This document shows positions 63,501 to 64,000 of a DNA stretch of 64,000 nucleotides, in pieces (the stretch's first letter is position 1; each line of letters opens with the position of its first letter). The DNA is taken from contig OY729427.2 of assembly GCA_963422375.2 (NCBI GenBank), forward strand, positions 608,001 to 672,000. Reading direction: 5' to 3'. The notes beneath the pieces were generated by a model. The model ran no database searches, was not told the origin of the DNA, and saw only the letters and a program-made list of their open reading frames with translations. The stretch is from Bryobacterales bacterium. Its GTDB lineage: Bacteria > Acidobacteriota > Terriglobia > Bryobacterales > UBA6623. The position numbers were made by a program, and so were the translations under genes.

Positions 63501-64000
63501 GGGTGATCGACAGCACGATCCGGAGCGGCGACTTCGAGGAAACGCAGGGACTGACCGACGAGTACTTGGCGCGCGTCGGGGCCGTCTACACCGAGGGCGC
63601 CGAGTGGGGAAAGTACGTGGACGGCCTCTACCGACAGGCGCTGGCAAACACAGAGGCGGTCTCGCTCAGCCGTTCCACCAATGTCGTCAGCCCGCTGACT
63701 CTGGACCACTACTTCGAATACCTCGGAGGCATGACCATGGCTGTCCGAGACACGACCGGGGTCTCGCCGGAAACGTATGTCACGGATGTCCGCGAGCCTG
63801 AGCGCGGGCGGGTCGAGACCGTCCAGGAATCGCTGGTGCGGGACTTGCGGGGCAAGTACTGGAATCCACTGTGGATCCAGGAACAGCAGCAAGAAGGCTT
63901 CTCGGGTGCGGTCGAGATGGCCCAGACCGCGACCAACCTGTTCGGCTGGCAGGTGACCAAGCCCGAGGCCGTCGGGGAGTACGTCTGGGACGAGGTGGAA
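60539..64000 (+). CDS. CobN/Mg-chelatase H family protein with N-terminal membrane anchor (HmuS/BtuS-like); runs off the window end
   Basis: Absent from the ORF track because it has no stop in the window. GTG overlaps the DUF2149 stop. In-frame YYHPEAP, FGNVILMPQP.RG, PPNHQYLA.Y.WL, YGTHGTHEFLPG, LPT.RNLY, RPRIDV, DHYFEYLGG, WNP.WI motifs. Confidence 0.92.
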   Translation, partial: MRTGIRRRLVRWLGALAAVLFLTGGYVYHAMMPRILFLGIPPSQLFLLADASDATGIKFWFWSREKMDDQDLESADFSRYKAIFVSSRRMDPLTHAVRGGLKEAADNGAAVFFLPADTQDRFQATHADPAHVEQVSAYWEHSGPENIANLFRFVASRYLGDDLDFEGPEKTPEDGYYHPEAPDLMTSTAQFEDWCRATGRCRQGAPRVLLDFADGWRLGMTVGTSALLKAFETRGASVAAVFGSSKTPQFVREFRPDLLISRRHGRWHQGARGVALLENEFDIPVMRGASLLFSGETFEDYRQTKNGLRGVGLAMGAIIPELDGAIEPTLIEGMLAGWTGRRFEAVETERIDRLADRAMRWIGLRAKPNAEKRVAIVYVAGIGKGRITAASLNVPRSLIRFLEALRGAGYQVDGLPRDADALVAEMLRKGRNISEIQLGEIEELARSEDVTLIDQQRYAEWFETLPAALRAEVVAASGPPPGRFMTIERDGRRWFVIPKLVFGNVILMPQPARGANMDARLQHNDRVPPNHQYLAAYWWLQHEFKADALVNYGTHGTHEFLPGRPFGQLADDWSDITLGRMPNIYVYIMDNVGEALIAKRRGSAVIVDHQVPPIGAAALSESDPEIGEIYRAAEQFAGQEDGGVKERLRAQIRELGQARRLDEDLGFDWSSDLPTDDQVAELELHIHLINDDRIPLGLHVHSVSNSADEAAHLIASMLGDEYVRRVARQEFGLRQEGGTLWEKARARAVSHVQSALAGGPVAAALVPDLERARTLHAALEKTAREIPQTLHALEGGYVPPGAGGDPVRNPGALPTARNLYGINPQEVPTKAAWEIGVELARDLLEAEKQRLGRYPRKIGVTLWNTELIRHYGTDLAQILYLIGVRPVWDHRGIVADLELIPAKRLGRPRIDVVIQAASLFRDTFPDRMEFLDRAVRLALTAQDGDNYIADHVAETQLALKEIGLSPDDARLYAAARVFSNNVGGYGTGVIDSTIRSGDFEETQGLTDEYLARVGAVYTEGAEWGKYVDGLYRQALANTEAVSLSRSTNVVSPLTLDHYFEYLGGMTMAVRDTTGVSPETYVTDVREPERGRVETVQESLVRDLRGKYWNPLWIQEQQQEGFSGAVEMAQTATNLFGWQVTKPEAVGEYVWDEVE

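Overview
High-GC bacterial window. Gene content (Acidobacteria-type TonB-dependent receptor, DUF1501/PSD1 pair, CRTAC1, long TPR proteins, stand-alone nuoB) suggests an Acidobacteriota/Bryobacterales-like, possibly host-associated genome; this is inference only. Housekeeping and catabolic genes (trpA, chorismate mutase, tyrA, rsfS, maf, liv-type ABC operon, nuoB, msrB, gltD, GMC oxidoreductase, GH51) are interspersed with many decaying mobile elements whose ends and target duplications can be read directly. These include IS1595-family copies, ISAs1, IS30, an ISNCY-like element and a ~260 bp MITE present twice. Main highlights: (1) a dead M.PvuII-like restriction-modification system with an IS in the R gene and a MITE just before the MTase SPPF motif; (2) a three-level nested IS stack at 43.2-46.9 kb; (3) a recurring 5-14 bp tandem-duplication signature in dead DNA; (4) an intact amidohydrolase-fold gene that has lost all canonical metal ligands; (5) a methyltransferase/HAD/GH3 acyl-amido synthetase cluster; (6) an hmuTUVS-like operon with a membrane-anchored CobN-type chelatase running off the window end. 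No rRNA, tRNA or CRISPR array was seen.
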